Source of the DNA: Vicinamibacteria bacterium
GTDB taxonomy: Bacteria; Acidobacteriota; Vicinamibacteria; Marinacidobacterales; Marinacidobacteraceae
Direction of reading: 5' to 3'
NCBI GenBank assembly: GCA_964291235.2
Contig: OZ219816.1
Span: 1,440,001-1,504,000 of the forward strand
Length of the DNA: 64,000 nt
Position numbers and translations under genes: made by a program. This document shows, in pieces, positions 10,355-19,691 of this stretch. Each line of letters begins with the position of its first letter. The stretch's first letter is position 1. The notes beneath the pieces were generated by a model. The model had not been told where the DNA came from. It was given only the letters and a program-made list of their open reading frames with translations, and made no database searches.

Positions 10355-10451
10355 GGGCTTCCCCGATCACCCTGAGGACGGGTGCTGACGGGATGACGAG
10401 GTCCGCCGCGGCAATACACCGGCGCGGGCACGTCCGGCAGGGCCCGCACCG

Positions 10452-11750
10452 GTGCCGGGCGGCCGGGACTTCGGGAACCCGCCGTTGATCTCCGTCGAGG
10501 AAACGCTCCGCCGAATCCTCGCGCGGACTCCGCGCCTGCCGGCGGAAACCGTCGGTCTCGACGCCGCTCGGGGACGAGTGCTGCTGGAGGACGTGTTTGC
10601 GGATCGCGATCTACCCCCCTTCGACCGCTCGGCCGTTGACGGCTATGCCGTTCGGGCCGCCTGTCTGGTGGGCGGCGGCCGGTTGCGAGTCGTCGATCAG
10701 GTTCCCGCCGGGAAGATGCCGCGGGTTCGGGTGGGGCCCGGGGAAGCGGCAGCGGTCATGACGGGCGCGCCGCTCCCGGAGGGAGCCGATGCCGCGATCA
10801 TGGTGGAGGACACGGTTCGGGACGGCGAGTTCGTCCGTTGGCCGGCGCCGGGCCGGGCGCCCCGCGAGGTGCAGGCCGGGGGCTACGTGACCACCCGGGG
10901 CGCCGAGGTGCGCGCCGGCGCCCGGCTGCTTCCCGCGGGAGGCACAATGTCACCGGCAGCCGTGGGCCTTCTCGCCACCGTCGGCAAAGTCCGGGTGGCG
11001 GTCGGCCGGCGCCCCCGGGTGGCGGTAGTTTCGACCGGGGACGAACTGCGGCACCCGCGGACCCGGAGACCGCGGCCGGCGCAGATCCGCGACGCCAACA
11101 GCCACATGATCGCGGCGCGTTGCCGCGCCATGGGGTTGCCGGTGCGGCGGCTGGGTTTCGCGGCCGATGACCCGCAGCGCCTCGCCACCACGATCACTTC
11201 GGGACTCGCCTCCGACGTGCTCCTGATCTCCGGTGGAGTGTCCATGGGCCGCTACGACTACGTCGAGCCGGTCCTCGAGGCGGCGGGAGTGCGGCTGCTG
11301 GTCACCGCCGTCGCGATCCGTCCCGGCAAGCCTTTCGTGTTCGGGATCGCCGAGGGCTCCCCGCCCGTCCTGGTGTTCGGGCTGCCCGGGAATCCCGTTT
11401 CGGCCTTGACCACCTTCGAGGTGTTTGCCCGCCCGGCGCTCGAAGCGATGCAGGGGGCTTCCGACCCACGGCCGCCACAGCCCCGCGTGCGCCTGCTGGC
11501 GCCGGTTACCCAGCACGGTCCGCGGCGCGCCTTCCTGCCCGCACGCGCCGCCGTCTCCGCTGAGGGCGCCCTGACGGCGGAGCCGATCCGCTCTCAGGGG
11601 TCGGCCGACATCGCGGCGGTGGCGCTCGCGAACGCGCTGGTGGTCGTTCCCGAGAACAGCGGAACCATCCCCGCCGGCGAGGAGGTCCGGGTGCTGCCGC
11701 TCCCGGGATTTCCGGACCCCGCACCCGGATGGCATGATCCCCGCCGATGA
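10452..11750 (+). CDS. moeA: Molybdopterin molybdotransferase MoeA
   Basis: PPFDRSAVDGYA, TGAPLPEGADA, STGDEL, SGGVSMG, PGKP, GLPGNPVS. Confidence 0.95.
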   Translation: MPGGRDFGNPPLISVEETLRRILARTPRLPAETVGLDAARGRVLLEDVFADRDLPPFDRSAVDGYAVRAACLVGGGRLRVVDQVPAGKMPRVRVGPGEAAAVMTGAPLPEGADAAIMVEDTVRDGEFVRWPAPGRAPREVQAGGYVTTRGAEVRAGARLLPAGGTMSPAAVGLLATVGKVRVAVGRRPRVAVVSTGDELRHPRTRRPRPAQIRDANSHMIAARCRAMGLPVRRLGFAADDPQRLATTITSGLASDVLLISGGVSMGRYDYVEPVLEAAGVRLLVTAVAIRPGKPFVFGIAEGSPPVLVFGLPGNPVSALTTFEVFARPALEAMQGASDPRPPQPRVRLLAPVTQHGPRRAFLPARAAVSAEGALTAEPIRSQGSADIAAVALANALVVVPENSGTIPAGEEVRVLPLPGFPDPAPGWHDPRR

Positions 11751-12259
11751 GTTCCGGCAGCTCTGAGCTTCCGGCGCCACCCGGGCGCCCCCTCAGTCAC
11801 GTGGATTCCGCCGGGAGTGCGCGGATGGTGGACGTGGGAACCAAACCCGTGACGCCGCGCGAGGCCGCCGCCGAAGCCTTCGTGACCGTCTCGCCCGAGG
11901 CGCTTGACCTCGCTCGACGAGGGAACGCTCCCAAAGGCAGCGTCCTGGACACCGCCCGCCTCGCTGGCATTCAGGCGGCCAAGGCGTGCGCCAGTCTTAT
12001 CCCGCTCTGTCATCCCCTGCCCCTCGACCATGCCGATGTCTCGGCAACGTTCGAGGAGACCGGGATTCGAATCGTCTCCCGAGTGCGCTGCCGCGCCTCT
12101 ACGGGAGCGGAAATGGAAGCGCTGACCGCGGCCTCGGTGGCGGCACTGACCGTTTACGACATGCTGAAGGCCGCGGACCGGGCGATGGTGATCGGTTCCG
12201 TCCGTCTTCTCGAAAAGCGCGGCGGGGCGAGCGGCGTCTGGAGGGCGGACGGTGCCTGA
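11747..12259 (+). CDS. moaC: Cyclic pyranopterin monophosphate synthase MoaC
   Basis: LSHVD...MVDV, KG.VL..ARLAGIQAAK, LIPLCHP, TGAEMEAL, YDMLKA. Confidence 0.96.
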   Translation: MSSGSSELPAPPGRPLSHVDSAGSARMVDVGTKPVTPREAAAEAFVTVSPEALDLARRGNAPKGSVLDTARLAGIQAAKACASLIPLCHPLPLDHADVSATFEETGIRIVSRVRCRASTGAEMEALTAASVAALTVYDMLKAADRAMVIGSVRLLEKRGGASGVWRADGA

Positions 12260-13145
12260 GCCGCGTGGCCGGCCAGCGCACCCGGACGCCGGCGCCCGTG
12301 GCCTGGAGGCGGACCGAACTGCCCTGCGGACCACGCTCGCCGAGTGCGGATCGGCCGTCGTCGCCCTGAGCGGCGGCGTGGACAGTGCGACGTTGGCGGT
12401 CCTCTCCCACCTCGCTCTCGGGGAACGCAGTCTCGCGGTGACCGGAGTCAGCGCAAGCCTCTCCAGGCACCAGAAATCGCTGGTGGAGAGTGTTCTCGAA
12501 GCGCACCCCATGCCGCATGAGTGGTTCGTGACCGACGAATTGGCTTCTGCGGAATATCGGCGGAACACGACGGACCGGTGCTTTCACTGCAAGAACGAGC
12601 TCTACTCCGTCCTCAGGAAGTTCGCCGACCGGCGCGGCTTCACAGCGGTTCTGGACGGCACGAATGCCGACGATGCCGGCGATCACCGGCCCGGCCGCCG
12701 GGCGGCCACCCTCCATGGCGTTCGCTCGCCCTGGCTCGAAGCCGGAATCGGCAAGCAGGGGATCCGCGCCCTGGCTCGCGACCTGCGGCTGCCGGTCGCG
12801 GACGAACCCGCCTCCGCCTGCCTCGCCTCGCGAGTCCCCCGGGCGATTCAGATCGACGCCGGGGTCCTGGGAAGGGTCGAGGCTGGCGAAGAGGCGCTCC
12901 GCGAACTCGGTTTCTCGGCATTCCGGGTTCGCCATCACGGCGACCTGGCGCGGATCGAGTTGCCCGCGGCCCAGATCCCGCGCGCCCTGAGCCCGGAACT
13001 GGGCAACCGCCTCGCGGACCGCCTGCAGCGCATCGGATATAGCCAGGTAGCGGTGGATCTCCGCGGCTACCAACCCGCCGGGCTCGCCGCACCGTTCGAA
13101 CCCGACCGCGACCTCGCCTTCCTGCCTGCCGGAGCACGGGGCTGA
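12252..13145 (+). CDS. larE: LarE-family ATP-dependent sulfur transferase (PP-loop)
   Basis: SGGVDS PP-loop, RCFHCK, DGTNADD..DHRPG, PASACLASRVP, FRVRHHG. Confidence 0.88.
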   Translation: MPEPRGRPAHPDAGARGLEADRTALRTTLAECGSAVVALSGGVDSATLAVLSHLALGERSLAVTGVSASLSRHQKSLVESVLEAHPMPHEWFVTDELASAEYRRNTTDRCFHCKNELYSVLRKFADRRGFTAVLDGTNADDAGDHRPGRRAATLHGVRSPWLEAGIGKQGIRALARDLRLPVADEPASACLASRVPRAIQIDAGVLGRVEAGEEALRELGFSAFRVRHHGDLARIELPAAQIPRALSPELGNRLADRLQRIGYSQVAVDLRGYQPAGLAAPFEPDRDLAFLPAGARG

Positions 13146-13157
13146 CGAACGGATCCG

Positions 13158-14237
13158 TTGTTCGAAATCCGCGTTCTGGCCGATCCCGACGAAGACGACG
13201 GCTCGGGTCGGACGGTCGAGGTCCGCCTGATCGCCCGTCCGCGCCCGGACGAGGATCCCCTGGAGGACTCCCGGCTCTTCGCGGCCGGTGACCGGGAACG
13301 CATCGTGGCCTTCGTCGCGGAGTTGCTGGAACGCCACGCGGGCATGCTCCCGGCTCCCCCCCTCGAGTGCTGTCGCCGCTGTGAACGGCCGCTCGACCCC
13401 GTGGCGGAAGCGGAGAGCCGCCGCCCGTTCATTTGCAGGCGCTGCCAGCAGGCAGCCTCCCGCCCGGCGGAACTCTCGGGTGGCGGCGCGGCGGACCAGG
13501 GGCTCGAAGTGCGGTTTCTCGGGACCGGCGACGCCTTCGGCTCCGGGGGAAGGCGGCAGGCGGCCATCTTCGTCCGGGCGGTCGGCAGCCGGTGCGGGCT
13601 CCTCTTCGATGCGGGGCCCGGCTGTCAGGCGGCCCTGCGGGCCGAGGGGCTCTCAACCGATGATCTCGGGGCCGTCATCCTCAGCCACTTCCACGGCGAT
13701 CACTACGGTGGGATGCCTTTCCTGGAACTCGACGCCCGGCGCCGTGAACGCACCGAGCCGCTCCGGGTGCTGGCCCCCCCCGGGGCTCGGGAACACCTCG
13801 CGGCACTCCGCGACTGTCTCTACCGCAGTCTCCCCGTCCGGTTTGCGGAAGAGATTGAAGAGATGCTCCCCGGCGAGGTCGTCGGCCTGCCGGCAGCCGT
13901 GGGCGGCGGCTCCGCCACCGCCTTCGCCGCCCGGCACCAGCCGGAAGCCTGGGCTTTTTCCTGGAAGCTCGACCTCGGCGGCCGGACCGTGGTCTATTCC
14001 GGGGACACCGCCTTCAACGAATCGTTGATTGCCGAGTCGGCGGAAGCCGATTTGCTGATCCATGAGTGCACATCGCTGGAGCCGCTTGCCGGCCACACCT
14101 CACATCGCGAACTCGCAGCGGCGGCAAGCAGGATCACCGCTCGCCGGGTCTTGCTCGTGCACTCCGGCGATGACGTTCTAGACGCCTCAGAGGTCGCCTT
14201 CGAACGCGCCCACGACGGACTGCGCGTCATGGTCTGA
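13158..14237 (+). CDS. Metallo-beta-lactamase-fold hydrolase (RNase Z-like) with an N-terminal C4 Zn-finger extension
   Basis: LGTGDAFGSGGR, SHFHGDH (HxHxDH), YSGDT, IHEC; N-terminal CRRC-x17-CRRC. Confidence 0.82.
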   Translation: MFEIRVLADPDEDDGSGRTVEVRLIARPRPDEDPLEDSRLFAAGDRERIVAFVAELLERHAGMLPAPPLECCRRCERPLDPVAEAESRRPFICRRCQQAASRPAELSGGGAADQGLEVRFLGTGDAFGSGGRRQAAIFVRAVGSRCGLLFDAGPGCQAALRAEGLSTDDLGAVILSHFHGDHYGGMPFLELDARRRERTEPLRVLAPPGAREHLAALRDCLYRSLPVRFAEEIEEMLPGEVVGLPAAVGGGSATAFAARHQPEAWAFSWKLDLGGRTVVYSGDTAFNESLIAESAEADLLIHECTSLEPLAGHTSHRELAAAASRITARRVLLVHSGDDVLDASEVAFERAHDGLRVMV

Positions 14238-14342
14238 CACAGATTCCGCAACCTCGCGACCACCGCGGGCACCGAGAACCAACCGCCGTCCCAAGATGGC
14301 GCTGCAAGCGCGCCATACCCCAAGCGCTCTATGGCGCCCGGC

Positions 14343-14576
14343 TCAATCGTCCTGCTTCCCGGAGTCGGCGTCCTCCGAACCGCTGTCCGGGTTCGTCGCG
14401 CTCGTCACACTCTTCATGGAGTTCCGGAAGTTCCTGATCCCCGCCCCGAGGCCCTTCCCGAGCTGCGGCAGCCGCGAACCGCCGAAGATGAGGATGACGA
14501 TCCCCAAGATGATGAGGAGTTCGGTCGCGCCGAAGGGGCCGACCAGAAGAATCGGAACCCACAGAAAGGAAGTCAT
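14343..14576 (-). CDS. tatA: Twin-arginine translocase TatA/E
   Basis: GATELLIILGIVILIFGGSRLPQLGKGLGAGIRNFR: TM helix, FG hinge and amphipathic helix. Confidence 0.93.
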   Translation of the reverse strand: MTSFLWVPILLVGPFGATELLIILGIVILIFGGSRLPQLGKGLGAGIRNFRNSMKSVTSATNPDSGSEDADSGKQDD

Positions 14577-14585
14577 GGGGCGATT

Positions 14586-15530
14586 CTATCCGGTCGGAAA
14601 CGGGAGCGCCTCCGCCTTGCCGCGCTCGAAGACGAGTGCGGCCACCGCAATGTCCTCGGCGGCGATGCCCTGGGACTCGAAGAGCGCGGAACCGGCTCGG
14701 GAACTCCCCTTCCCGGCCGCCACCACCGCGCCGATCGTCTCCAGGTCATCCCAGCACAGTTCCCCCGCGGCGACGAGCGGCGCGAGATCGCCACACTCGA
14801 TGCGCGCCTGCTCGAGGTCGTCCACCACGATGCGGCGGGCCCACCGGACCGCGGCGCGGTCGATCTCGCGGCGTTTCAGCGAATTGCCTCCGGCGGCGGC
14901 GACAAAGGTTTCCGGCCCCAGCCACTCGCCCCGGACGACCGGCTCCGCGGCGCTCGTGATCGCCACCACGATCGGCTTGCCGCGCACCGCTTCTTCCGCG
15001 CTCCCGGCGGGGATCACCTCCAACCCCAAACGGGCCGACATCCTTGCCGCGAAGCGCGTCCGCCGCTCGGGATCCCGGCAGTACGCCTCCACGCGCGTGA
15101 GCGGGCGCACCAGCGAAAGCGCCTCAACCTGCGTTTCGGCCTGGTAACCACATCCGAGAATCCCCGCGGCGGCGGCGTCCGGAGGGGCGAGGTAATCGGC
15201 CGCCACTCCGGTAGCGGCGCCGGTCCGGATCTGTCCGAGCGCGTCGGCTTCCATCACCGCGGCCAGGGATCCCGTCGCCCCCTCAAAGAGCAGGAGCACG
15301 AACCGCATCCCGTCGCGGCCCGTCAGATAGGTCTTGAGTCCGAGGAAACCGAGCGCCGCGCTGGACGCGCTCATGGTGTGCAGCATCCGCCCGGGAACCC
15401 GGACCCGCTGCCGGGGCCGATTTTCGGCACTCCCTTTCCCGAGTTCCCGGAACACCTGCTCAACCGCCACGACCGCGTCCCGCATGGGGAGCAGCTCCCG
15501 CACGAGTGATTCGGGGAAGTAGTGGATCAC
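14586..15530 (-). CDS. Ornithine cyclodeaminase/mu-crystallin family protein
   Basis: N.PRQR, GLKTY, RTGAATGVAA, GCGYQAETQ, FESQGIAAED. Start set at GTG 15530; the longer ORF overlaps nnr antisense. Confidence 0.88.
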   Translation of the reverse strand: MIHYFPESLVRELLPMRDAVVAVEQVFRELGKGSAENRPRQRVRVPGRMLHTMSASSAALGFLGLKTYLTGRDGMRFVLLLFEGATGSLAAVMEADALGQIRTGAATGVAADYLAPPDAAAAGILGCGYQAETQVEALSLVRPLTRVEAYCRDPERRTRFAARMSARLGLEVIPAGSAEEAVRGKPIVVAITSAAEPVVRGEWLGPETFVAAAGGNSLKRREIDRAAVRWARRIVVDDLEQARIECGDLAPLVAAGELCWDDLETIGAVVAAGKGSSRAGSALFESQGIAAEDIAVAALVFERGKAEALPFPTG

Positions 15531-15587
15531 CGCGACAAAGGGTACGCCGAGTCGAACGGGCTGATCACGCCGCCTTCCTTTCCTACA

Positions 15588-17171
15588 ATGAACGGCATGG
15601 ACGTGCTCACCGCGCACCAGATGCGTGAGGCGGACCGCCACACCATCGAAGAAGCGGGCATCCCCGCGCGCGTCCTGATGGAAAACGCCGGTCGCGCGGT
15701 CGCCGAGGTCGTCGCCGCCAAGGCCGCTGCCAGCGGGAGGCGCATCCTCATCCTGTGCGGACCCGGCGGCAACGGGGGTGACGGCCTCGTAGCGCTGCGA
15801 GCGCTCGCGGCGCGCGGCCTCCGAGCCACCGCCGTGTTGCTGGCCGATCCCGAGCGGCTTCGCGGAGAGACCAAAGCGAACTACGACACCGCGACGCAGC
15901 TCGCACTCCATGTCGTCCCGTGTCCCGATGAGGCCACCTGGGAATGGGCTCTTCGCCAGGCCGGCCCGGAAGGGCTCGCCGGCCCCCGCCCCGGAGTCAT
16001 CGTGGACGCCATTCTGGGGACGGGCAGTACCGGTCCGCTCCGCGGGCTCGCAGCCCGGGTGGTCGCCGACCTGGACCATGTCGGGCGGTTCCGGGACGCG
16101 CTCCGGGTCGCCGTCGATGTGCCGAGCGGCCTCTCGGCAGACACGGGAGCGGCCCCCGATCTCTGCTTCCGTGCCGACCTCACGGTGGCCTTGGCGTCGC
16201 CCAAGATCTGCCACTTCGTTTTCCCGGCAAGCGCCGCTTGCGGGGAGATCCGGGTCGTGGAGATAGGCATCCCGCGCGTCTGGCTCAACGCCGGCACCAA
16301 CGGCGTCCGGACCAACGACGAGCGCCGCGTCGTTCCTTTTTTCCCCGCCCGGGCGCTCGGTGTTCACAAGGGACAGCTGGGCCGGCTGCTGTTGATCGCG
16401 GGTTCCCGCCGGATGCCGGGAGCCGCCGCGCTGGCGGCGCAGGGCGCCCTCTCGGCGGGAGTCGGTCTGCTGACCGTCGCCGGACCTGACGACGGGTTGA
16501 CCGAGTTGCCGCCCGAGGCGATGCGGTTGCCGCTTCCGGCGACCGGCGAGGGAGAGATCTCACTCGACGGGGTGCCGGAAATCTCGGCCTTCGCGGCGGA
16601 TGCGATCGCGCTCGGGCCGGGACTCGGCAGCCGCGAAGAAACGAAGGAAGCGTTGCGCCGCATCGTCTTCACCACTTCGTGCCCCCTGGTACTCGATGCC
16701 GACGGACTGAATGTGTGGGCCGGCCGAGCCTCGCACCTGGCCCGGCGGCCGAAGCTCGCACTGACGCCGCATCCCGGCGAAGCCGCACGGCTCCTCAACC
16801 TGACCAGCGCGGACGTCCAGAACGAACGGCTGCAGACAGCGCGGCGGCTGGCGCGGGAAACCGGGGCCGCGGTGGCCCTGAAGGGGCCTGGAACGCTGAT
16901 CGCGGACCCGCGGGGCGCCGTCTTCGTGAATCGCTCCGGCGGACCCGAACTCGCCGGCGGCGGGTCCGGCGATGTCCTCACCGGAGTGGTCGGAGCGCTG
17001 CTCGCCCGCCGGTTGGGTCCGCTGGAGGCGCTCTCCGCCGGCGTCTTCCTGCACGGCATGGCGGGCAGCGACGCGCGGAAACAGAGCGGGGAGGACGCCG
17101 TCACCGCCTCCGGAGTAGCCGCCCGGCTTGGGAACGCGATCCATCGCCTGCGCACGGGGATGTCGGCGTGA
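15588..17171 (+). CDS. nnr: Bifunctional NAD(P)H-hydrate epimerase/dehydratase
   Basis: LMENAG, CGPGGNGGDG, VDAILGTG, DVPSG; HKG, GPGLG, VLDADGL, TPHPGEA, GGSGDVLTG. Confidence 0.93.
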   Translation: MNGMDVLTAHQMREADRHTIEEAGIPARVLMENAGRAVAEVVAAKAAASGRRILILCGPGGNGGDGLVALRALAARGLRATAVLLADPERLRGETKANYDTATQLALHVVPCPDEATWEWALRQAGPEGLAGPRPGVIVDAILGTGSTGPLRGLAARVVADLDHVGRFRDALRVAVDVPSGLSADTGAAPDLCFRADLTVALASPKICHFVFPASAACGEIRVVEIGIPRVWLNAGTNGVRTNDERRVVPFFPARALGVHKGQLGRLLLIAGSRRMPGAAALAAQGALSAGVGLLTVAGPDDGLTELPPEAMRLPLPATGEGEISLDGVPEISAFAADAIALGPGLGSREETKEALRRIVFTTSCPLVLDADGLNVWAGRASHLARRPKLALTPHPGEAARLLNLTSADVQNERLQTARRLARETGAAVALKGPGTLIADPRGAVFVNRSGGPELAGGGSGDVLTGVVGALLARRLGPLEALSAGVFLHGMAGSDARKQSGEDAVTASGVAARLGNAIHRLRTGMSA

Positions 17172-17632
17172 GCGCCGTTCTGGAGACGCCGGCGAACGGC
17201 CGCGCCGTCGCCAGCCGGACCCCGGAGGACACCCTGGAGGCGGGGGCTCGCCTCGCGGCGCGTGAGCCCGGCTGCCGCGCCTTCTACCTGGAGGGAGATC
17301 TGGGCGCGGGGAAGACGGTCTTCGCCAAAGGACTCGCGCAGCACTACGGCGTCGATCCCAATCAGGTCACGAGTCCGACCTTTGCTCTCGTGGCGCGCTA
17401 CGGCCAGGGAAGACGGCCGGTATACCACCTGGATCTCTACCGGATCGAACACCCGGAGGAACTCGCGGAGCTGGGGATCGAGGAGATGGAGGAGGAAGAC
17501 GCGGTGGTGATCGTGGAGTGGCCGGAACGGCTCGCCCACTATCGCCGGCCGGACGCCATTCGCGTACGCCTTCGGCTCGAGCGGAACGGGGCCCGGCGCA
17601 TCGAGATCACGACGGAGGACGAGCCCTCATGA
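17168..17632 (+). CDS. tsaE: tRNA threonylcarbamoyladenosine biosynthesis ATPase TsaE
   Basis: GDLGAGKT, VTSPTF, YHLDLYR, VEWPE. GTG start overlaps the nnr stop. Confidence 0.94.
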   Translation: MSAVLETPANGRAVASRTPEDTLEAGARLAAREPGCRAFYLEGDLGAGKTVFAKGLAQHYGVDPNQVTSPTFALVARYGQGRRPVYHLDLYRIEHPEELAELGIEEMEEEDAVVIVEWPERLAHYRRPDAIRVRLRLERNGARRIEITTEDEPS

Positions 17633-19074
17633 ACGCCCGGCGGCGACTCCTCGGCTGGGACACACCGCGCTCCGGGAAGCGCCGCCGCGTGACTCCCGTC
17701 CGGGCGGCGGCCCTGTTCGCGGCCCTGCTGGCGGCCCTGGCGGCGGCCGCGTGCCCGGACCCGGGCCCGCCCCCCGCTACCGAGCGGTCGAGCCTCGTTT
17801 TGGTCACTATCTCCTCGCTCCGCGCCGACCACCTCGGAATCTACGGCTATCCACGCAACATCAGTCCGAACCTCGATCTGTTCGGGGCGGCGGGGGCCGT
17901 GTTCCTCGAGGCCCTCACTCCCTGGCCCGAGACCGGCCGGGGAGCGGCCGCCCTGCTCACGGGGGTAGATCCGAGCCGGAGCAGCCGCGGGGACCCGGCG
18001 CGGCTTTTCAGCGAGGCCACGCTCGCGGCCACGCTGCGCGCTGACGGCTACCGGACGGTGGGCGCCGTCAGTCATCCGGCCCTCGCTGCCGAACTCGGTT
18101 TCGGACACGGCTTCGACGACTTCCGGGAGTACTGGGGAGACGGCGCGGCGCCGGCCACTGATGCAGTCCGCGAATTCGGGATCGGGGTGCTCGCCGATGA
18201 GACCGGAGAGCGCCCGGTATTTCTCTGGCTCCATTTTTCGGCGCCTTCGACGCCGCACGATCCGCCGGCTCAGGACCTCGAAGCCGTGCGGACGGATGCC
18301 ATGACCCCGGCCGGCCCCGGCTTTCGCAGCGGGCCCGAGCCGACCGCCGCGGTCACCGGCGGAGCGGGCTACGGCGCAATGGCCAACGCCTATGACGCGT
18401 CCATCCGGTCGGTGGACCGCGCCGTCGGCGCACTGCTTGCGAACATCGTCTCCGGCCCACTCGCCGGAAAGGCCCTGATCGTGGTGGCCGGCCTCCACGG
18501 CGAGTCCCTGGGCGAACATGGTCCGCCATTTCAAACCCCTCGCCCCCTGTTCCAGGAGACGCTCCAGGTGCCGCTGCTCCTTGGTTGGCCCGGAGACGAC
18601 GGAGCGCGCTTTCCGGCCGAAACCCGCTTCGGTTCGCCAGTGGGGATCGGCGACATCGGCCCGACGGCGCTCGAGTTGATCGGGGTTCCGCCGCCCGCCG
18701 CCGCCCCGACCGGCGCCGTGGGGAAATCGCTCGTCCCGGCGCTGCTGGGAGACGAGCCCCGGCCCCATCGCCGTCTCTACGCCCAGTCGGCAGGTGGGCT
18801 CTTCGGCGTCTTCAATGGGCGGCTACGGATGTTGCGGATACCGGTGCCCGGGCAGGAGGCGCCCCTGTTCGCGCTCTTCAACCTGGCCCGGGACCCCAAC
18901 GAAGCCGAAAACGTCTATGCGCAGGCGCGCTTCTCGATGGAACCACTGAAGGCCCAACTGGAAACCCGGCGGATCCAGACCGTCGCCTGGCAGCAGGAGA
19001 ACGAACGGGGTGAGCCCGCTCCCGAGCTTTCGCCGGACCTTGCCGCCGCGCTCGAAGCGCGCGGCTACCGCTGA
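17629..19074 (+). CDS. Sulfatase/alkaline-phosphatase-fold lipoprotein with degenerate catalytic motifs
   Basis: LVTISSLRADHL, SPNLD, GF.HGFD, FLWLH...PH, YDASI..VD, GLHGESLGEHG, FNLARDPNE; lipobox-like AAAAC. Confidence 0.8.
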   Translation: MNARRRLLGWDTPRSGKRRRVTPVRAAALFAALLAALAAAACPDPGPPPATERSSLVLVTISSLRADHLGIYGYPRNISPNLDLFGAAGAVFLEALTPWPETGRGAAALLTGVDPSRSSRGDPARLFSEATLAATLRADGYRTVGAVSHPALAAELGFGHGFDDFREYWGDGAAPATDAVREFGIGVLADETGERPVFLWLHFSAPSTPHDPPAQDLEAVRTDAMTPAGPGFRSGPEPTAAVTGGAGYGAMANAYDASIRSVDRAVGALLANIVSGPLAGKALIVVAGLHGESLGEHGPPFQTPRPLFQETLQVPLLLGWPGDDGARFPAETRFGSPVGIGDIGPTALELIGVPPPAAAPTGAVGKSLVPALLGDEPRPHRRLYAQSAGGLFGVFNGRLRMLRIPVPGQEAPLFALFNLARDPNEAENVYAQARFSMEPLKAQLETRRIQTVAWQQENERGEPAPELSPDLAAALEARGYR

Positions 19075-19082
19075 CCCGCAGA

Positions 19083-19431
19083 GCGGTCCGGAAGGGGGGC
19101 GCGCGGCTCTTCCGACCCTTCGTCGTTGGTTCGTGCAGAGGTGAGCCCCCCTTCCGAACCGCCCGGCGCTCCGCGCCGCAAATCGAAACTCCCTCGCGCG
19201 CTGACGCGCCCTTCGGCGAGTTCCGATTTGTCGTTAGCTTCTTGTGAAAGGGGGGAACCCCCTTTCACACTTTCCCCCGAAATCGCGGGCAGCGAACGGA
19301 GTTCGCTGCCACTTTTCTTTGGGCCCGTTACGGCGGCACCATCTTTCGCAGGCAGGGCGCGTGGCTCTTCCGACCTTCGTCGCCTGTTCGTTCCGAGGGG
19401 AGCCCCCCTTCCGGACCGCCCGGCGCTCCGC
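19083..19431. repeat. Structured repeat element: 18-bp perfect terminal inverted repeat, ~78-bp imperfect direct repeat and internal hairpins
   Basis: GCGGTCCGGAAGGGGGGC (19083-19100) is the exact reverse complement of 19402-19419. 19097-19174 resembles 19355-19431. Internal stems: CAAATCG..CGATTTG, TGTGAAAGGGG..CCCCTTTCACA, GGCAGCGAAC..GTTCGCTGCC. Confidence 0.8.
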
Positions 19432-19500
19432 CCCCCCACCGGGAGAACTGGGCCGCGTCGGTTGCACCACAGGCTGTTACGGGCGGTACGCCGACATGGA

Positions 19501-19691
19501 GTCGGAGCGCCGGTCTCTGACCGGCATCGCTCCCCCCAGGGGAGCGAAACCGCACATCGCTGCTCAGCCGCACGGCGCAAAGGCAAACGGGCGTTACGTC
19601 GTCCCCGCCGGGCCGTGCACTGTGCGGCTGATGAAATGTGGGAGTTTCGCGGCCTCCGGCCGCGATGCCGGCCAGAGGCCGGCGCTCCGAC
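19501..19691. repeat. REP/REPIN-like long hairpin element
   Basis: 30-nt arms (19501-19530 and 19662-19691) form 28 Watson-Crick pairs of 30. Each arm is itself a GC palindrome (GCCGGCCAGAGGCCGGC-GCTCC). Inner stem TCAGCCGCAC..GTGCGGCTGA. Confidence 0.75.

Noticed and set aside
14238-14342. tRNA in the gap between the MBL hydrolase gene and tatA
   Set aside because: No cloverleaf, T-loop (GTTCRA) or CCA end.
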